DNA of 64,000 nucleotides from Alphaproteobacteria bacterium (GTDB lineage Bacteria; Pseudomonadota; Alphaproteobacteria; Rhodospirillales; WMHbin7): NCBI GenBank assembly GCA_015232335.1, contig JADFZV010000014.1, positions 253 to 64,252 of the forward strand, read 5' to 3'. Shown piece by piece: positions 28,281 to 38,058 of this stretch (position 1 is its first letter; each line of letters starts with the position of its first letter). The notes under the pieces were generated by a model. It saw only the letters and a program-made list of their open reading frames with translations, ran no database searches and was not told where the DNA came from. The position numbers and the translations under genes were made by a program.

Positions 28281-29750
28281 GTGGACCGAGTGAAGGACGT
28301 CGTTGACCTCTTTTTGACTGTCGCGTGCGAGCTCGGCGAACACCCGGCGGTAGCGACGGATGATGGGAGGGTTACCTATACTGAACTTTCCTTGCGCGTG
28401 CGATCGATAGCGGCTGCTCTTCTAGAACGCAGGGACGCGCCGCGCGTCTTGATCCACCTACCCCAATGCGCAGATGCCTATGCCACCATGTTTGCTGTCC
28501 TGATGGCTGGTGGCTATTATGCGCCGGTGAACACTGACGCTCCATTTGCTAGGCAGCGGGCGGTTCTAGACAAGTTCAATCCAGATGTCGTTGTTGGCAC
28601 CGCTGCGAGTGCTGAGTTTCTATCCGCCTGTGGTCTGACAAGTGATATCTTGATTGACGTTGGTCAGGATCTGCCTGCTCCGCTGCCAAAGCCCATGCTG
28701 CCTGGCACTCTTGCTTATGTTCTTTTTACCTCTGGCTCGACGGGCATCCCAAAGGGCGTGATGGTTGGCCGCAGTGGCCTTAACCATTATGTGTCCTGGT
28801 GCCACCGCGCAATGAATGTAACCCATCAAGATCGGTGGTCACAGCATCCCAACATCGCCTTTGACTTGAGTGTTCTTGATATATTTGGCGCACTTTGTGC
28901 GGGCGCGTGTCTCTACCCTTTGGGGGGAGCGAAGGATCGCCTTTTTCCCGGCGATGCCATTCGTCGGCATCAATTGACCATTTGGAATTCCGTTCCTAGC
29001 GTGATGACCCTGATAATCAGGGCGCAGCACGCAACACCTGAGTTTTTGCGCTCTTTGCGGCTTGCCACATTTTGCGGCGAACCCTTGCTGCCTGAGCATT
29101 TAAAGGCATTATTTGATGCGGCACCAGATTTGAGCGTACATAACACCTACGGCCCGACCGAGGCCACGGTTTCATGTACCTTGCTTCCACTGAACTCGAA
29201 TATGTACCAATCAGCCTGCAGGGCGACAGTTGCTATAGGAGAGGCAATAGAGGGCATGGAGTTGCGCCTTGAAGGGGGGGACAATGCGAATCATGGGGAG
29301 ATTGTTATCTATGGTCCGCAAGTCGCACGTGGCTATTGGCGGGATTCGGAGGCGACCCAGGCGGCCTTTTTGTCGCATTCGCCTCAAAGCGCTCCCTATG
29401 CCTATCGAACGGGAGACCTGGCGGAGCGAGTTGACGGACAACTCTACTTTCTTGGCCGAAGAGACACTCAGGTTAAATTGATGGGGCACCGCCTGGAGCT
29501 TGAGGAGGTTAATGCCGCGCTTCGTAGATGCGGCGTTCCTCAGGCCTGTTCCGCCGTTATCAACGGAAAGCTTCACGCCTTTCTTGAGTTACCTGGACCA
29601 GTAAACCTGGATCGGTTGAAATCTGATCTCCTGCTGGAGTTGGAGGCCTTTGCGGTTCCCGGGCATTTTCATTTGTTTGATCGATTGCCGCGCAATATGA
29701 ATGATAAGATTGACGTGCGCTCGCTGATTGAAGCCTTTCACACCCCTTAG
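28281..29750 (+). CDS. Stand-alone amino-acid adenylation domain (DltA-like)
   Basis: A3 LAYVLFTSGSTGIPKGV, A4 FDLSVLD, FCGEPL, A5 NTYGPTEATV, A7 YRTGDL, A8 GRRDTQVKLMGHRLELEEV, A10 NDKID. Confidence 0.9.
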   Translation: MDRVKDVVDLFLTVACELGEHPAVATDDGRVTYTELSLRVRSIAAALLERRDAPRVLIHLPQCADAYATMFAVLMAGGYYAPVNTDAPFARQRAVLDKFNPDVVVGTAASAEFLSACGLTSDILIDVGQDLPAPLPKPMLPGTLAYVLFTSGSTGIPKGVMVGRSGLNHYVSWCHRAMNVTHQDRWSQHPNIAFDLSVLDIFGALCAGACLYPLGGAKDRLFPGDAIRRHQLTIWNSVPSVMTLIIRAQHATPEFLRSLRLATFCGEPLLPEHLKALFDAAPDLSVHNTYGPTEATVSCTLLPLNSNMYQSACRATVAIGEAIEGMELRLEGGDNANHGEIVIYGPQVARGYWRDSEATQAAFLSHSPQSAPYAYRTGDLAERVDGQLYFLGRRDTQVKLMGHRLELEEVNAALRRCGVPQACSAVINGKLHAFLELPGPVNLDRLKSDLLLELEAFAVPGHFHLFDRLPRNMNDKIDVRSLIEAFHTP

Positions 29751-29766
29751 ACAGAGGACCAATTAT

Positions 29767-30006
29767 ATGCCGCTTCCCACCCCTCTCGAGCTCATTGCGG
29801 CAGCGCTGGAATGCAGTCAAGACAGCCTTAACGAACACAGCGGGCTGGCACGTCATCCTCAGTGGGACAGCTTGGGGCATCTTCGGATTATGATGGCACT
29901 TGAGGATGCCTATGGCATTTCCATTACAGATGCATCAATACGCGAATTTGAAACATTTAGCGCTATACTTGCCGCTTACGCGCTTGCTCAAAAGTCTGCT
30001 GGGTAA
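29767..30006 (+). CDS. Acyl/aminoacyl carrier protein
   Basis: 79 aa; WDSLGHLRIMMALEDAYGISI with the phosphopantetheine Ser. Confidence 0.88.
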   Translation: MPLPTPLELIAAALECSQDSLNEHSGLARHPQWDSLGHLRIMMALEDAYGISITDASIREFETFSAILAAYALAQKSAG

Positions 30007-30014
30007 AACTCCAT

Positions 30015-30830
30015 ATGCCTCTACCCGTTACGACAGAGTCCGATCTAGTTGCTCATCTGCATACTCTTGGCGTTCGCCATGGCGACCGGATTGTTGTTCA
30101 CAGCCGCCTGATCTCTTTTGGCAATATTAGTGGAGGGGTTGCGACGGTTTACGCAGCATTTCAGCGCGTCCTCGGAGATAGCGGCACACTTGCCGTTCCT
30201 ACATATACGGCCGCGCTTGATGAGACGAATATCTTTGACCCCGCCTCAACACCTTCCCAGGGCACCGGGGTTTTTTCTGAGTTTGTGCGCAAGCAGACGG
30301 GGGCCGTTCGTAGTCGTTGCCCCATGCATAGTCACGCCGCCGTCGGTCCTGATGCCCATCTGCTTTCATTGCCATCCGGGAGCTTTTCGATTGGGCCCGG
30401 ATCTGATTTCGAACAGCTCCTGAGCGCAAAGTTTTCACTTGTTCTGCTCGGATGCTCTTTCAAAGAGGGGGCAACCTTTATTCATCATTCGGAAGTCGCC
30501 GCCAAGGTGCCTTACCGCGTTCCTCTGGACTTGCCACGCCTGGTGCTCGGCGCCGATGGGGCGCCTGCAGCTGTTTCATGCCGCTACTATGGGCGGCCAA
30601 CGACTGAATATTGTGAAAACTTTGATTTCATTCTGAGCGAGCTACGGGGCGGGAATGCCTTGCGCTCGGCCCCTTGCCCCCTGTCCTCAAGCTTTTTTAT
30701 TCCTCTTGAAGATTTACACGCAGCCACGACGCAATTGCTGCTTCGTGACCCATACTCTCTTGTATATAAGGGCGAGAACCCCTACACCATCGACCAGTAT
30801 ATGCAGGCAGGTTTGCTTGATCGCAGTTGA
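30015..30830 (+). CDS. AAC(3)-family (aminoglycoside 3-N-acetyltransferase fold) acyltransferase
   Basis: LGVRHGDRIVVHSRL, GTLAVPTYT, TPSQGTGVFSEFVR, RSRCPMHSHAAVG, LVLLGC...TFIHHSE. Confidence 0.85.
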   Translation: MPLPVTTESDLVAHLHTLGVRHGDRIVVHSRLISFGNISGGVATVYAAFQRVLGDSGTLAVPTYTAALDETNIFDPASTPSQGTGVFSEFVRKQTGAVRSRCPMHSHAAVGPDAHLLSLPSGSFSIGPGSDFEQLLSAKFSLVLLGCSFKEGATFIHHSEVAAKVPYRVPLDLPRLVLGADGAPAAVSCRYYGRPTTEYCENFDFILSELRGGNALRSAPCPLSSSFFIPLEDLHAATTQLLLRDPYSLVYKGENPYTIDQYMQAGLLDRS

Positions 30831-32392
30831 ACGCAAATAGGTACTCAGAAATGACATTGCCCAGAGTTGCTATTATCGGTCACTTCGTCCCAATGGCAAC
30901 GGTTATTGATTTGCCGTTAGATCCGCGTCATGCAAAAACCCTTCTAAGTCTGCACAACTACACGCGTGTTGCATACGAAGGCAGGCTTTATGATCATCTT
31001 GCATATCTTTCAAAGATAGCCCTTCGTGATCCAAACGAACGTTTTTCTGTGTGGGAAATTTTCCTGTGTGGTCCCCTGTTGCTGGCCTCCCACCTGGAGA
31101 GACTCGGAATTCCCACCCTGCTAGTAAATTCGATCGATTCGGATAATGAAGTGGAAAGCTTCGAACGCATTCGTTCATTTCAGCCAGACATTATTGCGCT
31201 AACGACAACTTTCGTTTTGACACAAAGCCAGATGGCTGCCGTTGGCCGCCGTTTTCGGCAAGAATTTCCGGATATTTTTATCGTTGCAGGCGGGCAGCAC
31301 ATTTACACCACCCTCCTTTATATGACTGTGGCTGAACGCAAGGATTATTTGAAGCTCGTAATGCTCGATGCTTTTGTCAACGACACCCAAGGGGAGGGGG
31401 CTCTTGCAGCCTTGTGCCGGTCCTTTCCACAGGGACTGAAAACCATTCCAAATTTAATTTGGCGCGACAGCGGTGGCGATATCCATCAGAATTCGCAATG
31501 CCTCGAATCAAATGATATCAATGCAACGCCCATCTCGTTTGATCTTGTTCCCCAAAAAGCATTTGTCCATATGCGAACAGCCAGAAGCTGCTCCTTTAAA
31601 TGTGCCTTTTGTTCATATCCATCGATCGCAGGCGAACTTAGCCTGATGGATTTGGAGTTGGTGCGCTCGACCCTTCGCGCTGCAACTGAGAAAGGTTTAA
31701 GTGCCGTCTTTTTCACGGATGATACTTTCAACGTTCCCCCCGATCGATTTGAACGCCTGCTAGATTTGATGATCGAAGATGGATTTGCAATTCCCTGGTA
31801 CTCCTTTCTAAGATGCCAGTACCTAGATGCGCGCGTTGTTATGAAAATGCGTAAGGCAGGATGTGCTGGCGTTTATCTGGGCGTTGAATCGGGTTCTGAC
31901 CTAGTTTTGCGCAACATGAAGAAGGGGGCCGTCAGCAGCTTCTACCGAGAGGGCATTCGCTGGCTTAACGAGCAGGGTATTACCTGCGTCGGATCCTTTA
32001 TGATCGGCTTTCCGGGCGAGACCAACCAAACTGTTGCTGAAACACAGGATTTTATCCTGGAATCGGGCCTTGATTACTACTACGTCCAGCCGTTCTACTA
32101 CCTTCATCACACGCCAATCCATGCTCGGGCAGGGGAATTTGGCCTAAGCGGCAATGGGCTTTTTTGGCGTCACGAAACGATGAACTGGCAGGAAGCCGTT
32201 GATCATGTCCATCGTCTTTTTTTGGCAATTGACTCTCCAATTCATGTGAATCCCGACTATACGCTTTGGGAGATTGCCTATCTGAGAGGTAAGGGCATGA
32301 CTGATGAATCCATTCAACTCTACAGACGTGAGATCAACCGTCTGACTGCCGTGCAGATGCGGACTTACGGGATTGTTTCTGACAAGCCTTGA
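30827..32392 (+). CDS. Cobalamin-dependent radical SAM protein (resembles PhpK-family class B enzymes)
   Basis: PDIIALTTTF, IVAGGQH, MRTARSCSFKCAFC, FFTDDTFNVP, LGVESGSD, FMIGFPGET, C-terminal TPIH...FGLSGNGLFWRHETMN; TTG start overlaps the AAC(3) stop. Confidence 0.85.
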   Translation: MNANRYSEMTLPRVAIIGHFVPMATVIDLPLDPRHAKTLLSLHNYTRVAYEGRLYDHLAYLSKIALRDPNERFSVWEIFLCGPLLLASHLERLGIPTLLVNSIDSDNEVESFERIRSFQPDIIALTTTFVLTQSQMAAVGRRFRQEFPDIFIVAGGQHIYTTLLYMTVAERKDYLKLVMLDAFVNDTQGEGALAALCRSFPQGLKTIPNLIWRDSGGDIHQNSQCLESNDINATPISFDLVPQKAFVHMRTARSCSFKCAFCSYPSIAGELSLMDLELVRSTLRAATEKGLSAVFFTDDTFNVPPDRFERLLDLMIEDGFAIPWYSFLRCQYLDARVVMKMRKAGCAGVYLGVESGSDLVLRNMKKGAVSSFYREGIRWLNEQGITCVGSFMIGFPGETNQTVAETQDFILESGLDYYYVQPFYYLHHTPIHARAGEFGLSGNGLFWRHETMNWQEAVDHVHRLFLAIDSPIHVNPDYTLWEIAYLRGKGMTDESIQLYRREINRLTAVQMRTYGIVSDKP

Positions 32393-32549
32393 CGGCCAGA
32401 AGAATCGACGACCAAACCCGCCTCGCCTCAGACATTACCTCCAGCATATTGGACAGGAATGTCTTGTCTTGCCATACATGAGAGGTTACCCTCTATTCAC
32501 ACGCGCATTCTATACTTCTGCCTTCTTTTAAAATTGAGTCGAAATTCTG

Positions 32550-34001
32550 ATGTCTGACGTTCAGATCAACCAGCCAATGTCACAGCGAAAGTTGGAGATT
32601 CAGGCACAGGCAGATGCCACCGCCCCGTCTCGAGAGGGCTGGATCGAGCGTAATGCTTTTTACTATAACGATGATTATCGTTTTATGCGTTTTCTCGTTC
32701 CCGAGGGCGTAAGGGTACTTGACCTGGGGTGCGGCACCGGGCGCCTTCTGGCAGAGCTTAAACCTTCCTGCGGAGTTGGCGTTGATTTCAGCCAGGCTTG
32801 CATCGACGTTGCAAAGAAGAAATATCCAGGCCTCTCTTTTGTTGTTGGGGATATCGAGTCTCAGGCAGCAATCGATCAGTTGTCCGGACCCTTTGACGTT
32901 ATTATTCTTTCCGACACAATCGGGTATCTAGAGGATTGCGAGGAAACGCTGGCCAGACTACGGCCACTTTGTACGCCAGAAACCCGGCTGGTTGTTTCCT
33001 ATTACAGTCACGTCTGGGAGCCCTTGCTCAAGCTGGCGAGCCGCCTTGGCATGCGCATGCAGATGGGCGAGCTTAATTGGCTTTCGACCAGCGACATTGT
33101 CAATCTTTTGGAGCTTGCTGATTTTGATGTGGTGCGTCGCGAGTGGCGCCAGTTAATTCCCAAAGCGATGCTGGGCGTAGGCGCACTCGTCAACCGGTTC
33201 TTTGCCCCTCTGCCTGGAATACGACGCCTGTGCCTTCGCAACTATGTCGTAGCACGTGCGCTGGAAGATGCTCGAAAGTCTGAGCCCTCAGTTTCCGTTG
33301 TTATCCCCTGTCGCAATGAGAGGGGCAATATTGAATCAGCTGTCAAGCGCATGCCTTTATTGGGTGGCGGCGTTGAAATCATCTTCGTTGAAGGTCATAG
33401 TCAGGATGGCACCTGGGAGGAGATTTTAAGGGTCCAAGCCGCCTATTCGAAAGTCAACATTGTCTGCTTGCGTCAGGATGGAGTCGGCAAGGGCGATGCT
33501 GTGCGCAAAGGATTTGATCAGGCGACTGGCGATATCTTGATGATTCTTGATGCGGACTTGACAGTGGCACCCGAGGACCTGGCGAAATTTTTTCGCGCCA
33601 TCAGCAGCGGCAAGGGTGAGTTTATTCATGGAACCCGCCTTGTCTACCCCATGCAGAGCCAGGCAATGCAGTTCCTGAACTATTTGGCTAACCGTCTTTT
33701 TGCCTTGCTCTTTTCCTATCTGCTCAATCAGCGTTTTACCGATACGCTCTGCGGTACGAAGGTTTTGTGGCGTAGCGATTATCAAAGAATTGTCGCCGGA
33801 CGTGCCTATTTTGGTGAGTTCGATCCTTTCGGCGATTACGACCTGATCCTGGGCGCGGCAAAACTCAACCTGAAAATCACAGAAATTCCCATTCGCTATG
33901 CAAGCCGCAGTTACGGGTCTACGCAGATACTAAGGTTCCGCCACGGCTTACTTCTATTGCGCATGGTCCGCCTAGCCTATTTCAAGCTCAAGGCACTATG
34001 A
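32550..34001 (+). CDS. Bifunctional class I methyltransferase-like / GT2 (polyprenol-phosphate glycosyltransferase-like) protein
   Basis: N-terminal VLDLGCGTG, GVGVDFS, FDVIILSD; C-terminal VSVVIPCRNE, IIFVEGHSQDG, GKGDAVRKG, ILDADLTV, FTDTLCGTK, DYDLILGAAK, EIPIRY. Confidence 0.88.
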   Translation: MSDVQINQPMSQRKLEIQAQADATAPSREGWIERNAFYYNDDYRFMRFLVPEGVRVLDLGCGTGRLLAELKPSCGVGVDFSQACIDVAKKKYPGLSFVVGDIESQAAIDQLSGPFDVIILSDTIGYLEDCEETLARLRPLCTPETRLVVSYYSHVWEPLLKLASRLGMRMQMGELNWLSTSDIVNLLELADFDVVRREWRQLIPKAMLGVGALVNRFFAPLPGIRRLCLRNYVVARALEDARKSEPSVSVVIPCRNERGNIESAVKRMPLLGGGVEIIFVEGHSQDGTWEEILRVQAAYSKVNIVCLRQDGVGKGDAVRKGFDQATGDILMILDADLTVAPEDLAKFFRAISSGKGEFIHGTRLVYPMQSQAMQFLNYLANRLFALLFSYLLNQRFTDTLCGTKVLWRSDYQRIVAGRAYFGEFDPFGDYDLILGAAKLNLKITEIPIRYASRSYGSTQILRFRHGLLLLRMVRLAYFKLKAL

Positions 34002-34768
34002 GCAACGCTTGCTCTGACCAGCTGCACGCCTATTCAGTGATATGGCGCCGCAAGCCCGCTCTTCGCGCCGTCTATTCGGATTTCTTTAGTCGAATTGCCC
34101 GAATGTGCCGACCTGGCAACTCGTTGGAGCTTGGGTCGGGTGTCGCATCAATGAAGGATGTTGTCCCCAATCTTGTCGCCAGCGATCTACAGGCGTGCGA
34201 ACTTGCCAATGTTGCTTTGGATGCGCATTATCTTCCCTTCCAGGACGACAGCTTCGATAATATTGTTATGATTGACGTGCTCCATCACCTTGCTTTCCCC
34301 TTGCGCTTCTTGAGTGAGGCGCAACGCTGCCTTCGTCCACAGGGCAGGCTTGTGATATTGGAGCCAGCCATGACCCCCTTTGCCCGATTTGTTTACGGGT
34401 TGTTTCATGCCGAACATTTCGATGAGAAGGTCGATCTGTTTTCTGGGCATGCTCTTAGTTCTGAAAAAGATCCCTATGACGCAAATATGGCTATTCCAAG
34501 CCTGCTTTTTTCTTCAAACCTGCGCCAAACGCTCTCGTCTTATCCCGAACTTAAGCTCGTACGCCGACAGTGGTTTTCTTTTCTTGTGTATCCGTTAACC
34601 GGTGGATTTCAGCGTTGGTGTTTGATGCCGACCTTTGTCGTTCCCTGGCTTCTTAAACTTGAGGCGCCTTTTGAAAGGACGCTTGGCAGATATCTTGGGC
34701 TAAGGATGTTTATAGTTCTAGAAAAGGCAGGGATCGGTTTCGATCACAAGCTGGTGGGCGTGCCGTGA
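33998..34768 (+). CDS. Class I SAM-dependent methyltransferase
   Basis: LELGSGVA, DAHYLPFQDDSFDNIVMIDVLHH, LRPQGRLVILEP. Confidence 0.85.
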   Translation: MSNACSDQLHAYSVIWRRKPALRAVYSDFFSRIARMCRPGNSLELGSGVASMKDVVPNLVASDLQACELANVALDAHYLPFQDDSFDNIVMIDVLHHLAFPLRFLSEAQRCLRPQGRLVILEPAMTPFARFVYGLFHAEHFDEKVDLFSGHALSSEKDPYDANMAIPSLLFSSNLRQTLSSYPELKLVRRQWFSFLVYPLTGGFQRWCLMPTFVVPWLLKLEAPFERTLGRYLGLRMFIVLEKAGIGFDHKLVGVP

Positions 34769-36432
34769 ATAAGACTCTCCTCACATCAAGCCCTGGTGAG
34801 CGCCTCTACCACTTCTCATTCGTTGTTTTTTGGCTGGCAATCTCAGTTTTTGTCGTCGCAAAGGCTGTCACATCTCCCAATTTCGGAGGCGATACGACTG
34901 GCTATTTATTGCCTATCCATAATTTTCTTAATGGTGGGGGTTACTCGCGCCTGCCTGGAATGAGTTTTGAAACCCATGTTCCTCCAGGGTTTGGCATTCT
35001 GGCTCTGTTATTTTACTGGCTGGTTCAAGATGTTGAGCTTTCCGGGATGCTGGTCGTTTCCATTTCCTTTGCCCTGGCTCTGCTTCTTGTTTACTGGCAG
35101 ACCCGGAAGGTTCTTTCACCCTCGCATGCCCTGCTGGCGGTGCTTTTCGTAGCGACTATTCCAGACTACTTATTGGCATCCGTGACAAATCTTACGGATG
35201 GCCCGTTTGCTCTTTTCCTTTTGATTGCCTTTTTTTCACTCTTTCACTCATACGCTGGCATCAAGACTGGCTCCCATTTCCGCGCAGGCGCAGTTTCTGG
35301 ATTTGCCCTCGGATTTGGCACCCTAATTAGGCCGGAAATGTTTTTTGTTGGCCTGATCGGCTACGCTTTTTGGATTAGTCTGCTTCTGTACGAGTGGCGG
35401 AAAGAAGGGCCAAAGCCTAGCCTGAAACCTGTCTACACGCTTGGCCTTTCGCTAGCTCTCTTTGTTCTTTTTGTTTTGCCGTACGCGCTGTTTCTCAAGT
35501 CCGAACTGGGATTTCTAACATGGACCGGCAAGGCTGGACCTAACATACCTTGGATTCTTGGACAGGGCATGGGCTATGTACCTCCGTCGCACCCTGAGAT
35601 GAGTGGCATGGATGGACTTTTCCGTTTTTTGTTCATTGATAATTTTTCTGTGTTCTTTCTTAATGTCGCCAAGAATTTTTGGACCCTGTTCAACAAGTCG
35701 ATTCTTGAACTTTCCCCCCCATTGAAACTTTTCTTATTTCTTACTTTTCTGATTGCCTTGTTCCATTGGGATAGCCTGGTTCAGACAGTAAGACGGTGCC
35801 AAACCTGCTTGATATGCGCGCTGGCATTGCTGGCCTGCGTTTTTCCTATTATCCCCAGCAGCATGCTTTTTGTTTATGACCGCTTGATCATGCCCTATTT
35901 GGTCGTCCTAGCGGTTTTCCTGGCCTGGGGGTCGATTGAGTTACTCAAGTTGGCATCAACGCTGCTAGGAAAGGCCCTGTTCCACGGGCCGCTGATTGCT
36001 CTTGCTGCAGCCATGCTCTTTACCGGTCATTTTCGCGCATACCATGAGGTTGCGACCGTACCGAATGCCCATTTCGGCCTGCGTGCCGCGGGAAGCTGGC
36101 TGTTTGATAATGTCCCCGGCATCGCTCCTCCTCAGGTTATGGTCGCCGGAAGGGGGAGCCCGGTTTATATTCGGCTGCTTGGTGGACGACCAGCAAAGAA
36201 TGCTCAATTCGTGGCGCACATTGACGGAAAGGTTTCACTTGAATCACTGTCGTCTTACGTGAAGGAGAGCGGAGCAAAATATCTTGTTCTTGGCGCTGTC
36301 CACATTGACCGTTTTCCGAAGCTTCAACCTTTGTGGTCAACCCCTGCCATAGCGTCCTCGTATGGATTGGAAATCACACATGTAGATGCGAAGGACAGGT
36401 TCCGTATTTTTGCCTTGCCCGCAATCAGATGA
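34765..36432 (+). CDS. Integral membrane GT-C glycosyltransferase (ArnT/PMT-like)
   Basis: GGDTTGY in first periplasmic loop, PPGFGILA, TDGPFAL, TLIRPE; about 12 hydrophobic segments and a soluble C-terminal tail. Confidence 0.72.
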   Translation: MNKTLLTSSPGERLYHFSFVVFWLAISVFVVAKAVTSPNFGGDTTGYLLPIHNFLNGGGYSRLPGMSFETHVPPGFGILALLFYWLVQDVELSGMLVVSISFALALLLVYWQTRKVLSPSHALLAVLFVATIPDYLLASVTNLTDGPFALFLLIAFFSLFHSYAGIKTGSHFRAGAVSGFALGFGTLIRPEMFFVGLIGYAFWISLLLYEWRKEGPKPSLKPVYTLGLSLALFVLFVLPYALFLKSELGFLTWTGKAGPNIPWILGQGMGYVPPSHPEMSGMDGLFRFLFIDNFSVFFLNVAKNFWTLFNKSILELSPPLKLFLFLTFLIALFHWDSLVQTVRRCQTCLICALALLACVFPIIPSSMLFVYDRLIMPYLVVLAVFLAWGSIELLKLASTLLGKALFHGPLIALAAAMLFTGHFRAYHEVATVPNAHFGLRAAGSWLFDNVPGIAPPQVMVAGRGSPVYIRLLGGRPAKNAQFVAHIDGKVSLESLSSYVKESGAKYLVLGAVHIDRFPKLQPLWSTPAIASSYGLEITHVDAKDRFRIFALPAIR

Positions 36433-36460
36433 CCCAGCAACAAATTAGGGCCCTTGGGCC

Positions 36461-37237
36461 ATGAATGCATCCCTGCAGAGAAGTCTTTTACGCATCTATG
36501 GCGCGCTTCGCAGATCCGGGTTTCTCGACAGAGGCCCTGGAGCCTGGCTCTACGAGACGGCCTATGACCTTTACAAAGCGAGGCTGGAGGCGGGACCTGT
36601 CAGTCGCTTGAAATCATTTGTCAAGCCTGGCGGCTGGGTTATCGATGTCGGCGCCCATATTGGTTTTTTTTCGCTGCGATTTGCCAGATGGGTATCCGAA
36701 GGTGGACGCGTTATTGCTTGCGAACCGGATCGGGATAATCGTGAACGTTTGTGTCGCAGGCTACTGCGTGCGCACGCCAACCAAGTCGTTTGTGTCGAAG
36801 ATGCGGCGATAGGTGAAGCGGATGGAAGGGCAAGGTTCGTCCTTTGCCCTGACCATCCTGGAAATCACCACCTTTCTAGCGAGGGTATTGATGTTCCGTT
36901 GCGCTGCATTGATAGTCTCGTTTCGGAGCAACAATGTTCTGCCGTTAACCTGATCAAGATCGATGTTCAAGGAAGCGAGTTGCGCGTAATCAAGGGAGCA
37001 ATAGGAACTTTGAGCCGGTATCGTCCGGCGCTTCTTGTCGAGATTGATCCAGTCGCCATGAAGCAGTCAGGGACGACAGCCGCTGAATTGGTACAACAGC
37101 TGTACGAACTTGGTTACGCATCCTTCGGCCCCCTGCCTACCTTGGGCGAGTCTCCTGACAGCCTTGAAGAGGCCCTGGCGAGGATTTCAAGGCTTGGCCA
37201 CAAATATGCTGATTTTTTGTTCACTCCACTTTCCTAG
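36461..37237 (+). CDS. FkbM family O-methyltransferase
   Basis: VIDVGAHIGFFS, VIACEPD, LIKIDVQGSELRVIKGA, PALLVEI. Confidence 0.9.
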   Translation: MNASLQRSLLRIYGALRRSGFLDRGPGAWLYETAYDLYKARLEAGPVSRLKSFVKPGGWVIDVGAHIGFFSLRFARWVSEGGRVIACEPDRDNRERLCRRLLRAHANQVVCVEDAAIGEADGRARFVLCPDHPGNHHLSSEGIDVPLRCIDSLVSEQQCSAVNLIKIDVQGSELRVIKGAIGTLSRYRPALLVEIDPVAMKQSGTTAAELVQQLYELGYASFGPLPTLGESPDSLEEALARISRLGHKYADFLFTPLS

Positions 37238-37243
37238 GATGAG

Positions 37244-38056
37244 TTGATGCGTGAACAGACACCGTCTTTGCTTAATTCCAAGCTGTATGACTACTATGCC
37301 AGCTACTACCGTGATGAATTGGGGCTGGACGACTGGAAGCAACGTGTCGAGCGCAGGCTGTTGGAAGAAGAGTTTTTTGCTGCGCCTCGCATCACGTGGC
37401 TGCGTGAGTGGATCGGATTGGACATCGCTGGGAAAAGCGCACTTGTCGTTGGTGCTGGGACCGGCGCTGAATCTTTGGCTCTCACCGCAAACGGTGCTAA
37501 AGTCGTTGCTATTGAGCCTTTTTCAAAGGCCGTTGAAGTCCTTACCCTTAGATCAGATACAAGCCACGGACCGCGCTTTCTGACGGTTCGCGGAGAGGGA
37601 GAAGCCCTGCCCTTTTCAGACCAGAGTTTTGACATCATCTACTGCTTCGCCGTGCTAGAACACACGAGGAATCCTCTTTTTTGCGTTGATGAAATGCTGC
37701 GTGCGCTGGCAGAGGGTGGCACCTTGTTCATCGAAGTGCCGGATTATAGATTTCCCTATGATGGGCATTATAAAATCCCCTGGATCCCCTTTTCGCCGCA
37801 ACCCCTTGTTACTTGGTATCTGAAGCTTCTGGGGCGACCTGCTGCCTTTTCCCGCACACTTAGATATCTCAGCTTTCCAATGTTGCGCCGCCATTTTAAT
37901 CGCAGAAGAGTCGCCTTTCTTCGCTATCATACGCCCTTGCCAGACTATTGGAGAACAAAGTCCTTGTTTTGGCGCTTGATCTGGCACCTATCGCTCTGGA
38001 CGGGGATAGTCCCTAATCAAACCTTGATTGTTCGAAAGATCCGCAGTAGCAGCTAG
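37244..38056 (+). CDS. Class I SAM-dependent methyltransferase
   Basis: ALVVGAGTG, VVAIEP, GEALPFSDQSFDIIYCFAVLEH, LAEGGTLFIEVP. Confidence 0.85.
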   Translation: MMREQTPSLLNSKLYDYYASYYRDELGLDDWKQRVERRLLEEEFFAAPRITWLREWIGLDIAGKSALVVGAGTGAESLALTANGAKVVAIEPFSKAVEVLTLRSDTSHGPRFLTVRGEGEALPFSDQSFDIIYCFAVLEHTRNPLFCVDEMLRALAEGGTLFIEVPDYRFPYDGHYKIPWIPFSPQPLVTWYLKLLGRPAAFSRTLRYLSFPMLRRHFNRRRVAFLRYHTPLPDYWRTKSLFWRLIWHLSLWTGIVPNQTLIVRKIRSSS

Positions 38057-38058
38057 CT

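Noticed and set aside
28346-28355. ops-like GGCGGTAGCG element
   Set aside because: Lies inside the A-domain CDS (encodes PAVA), lacks the downstream TG and any JUMPStart context; likely coincidence.
30015-30830. AAC(3)-like gene as an aminoglycoside resistance determinant
   Set aside because: Coupled to a carrier protein and an A domain in a glycan locus with no integron or mobile context; a biosynthetic acyltransferase role is more parsimonious.
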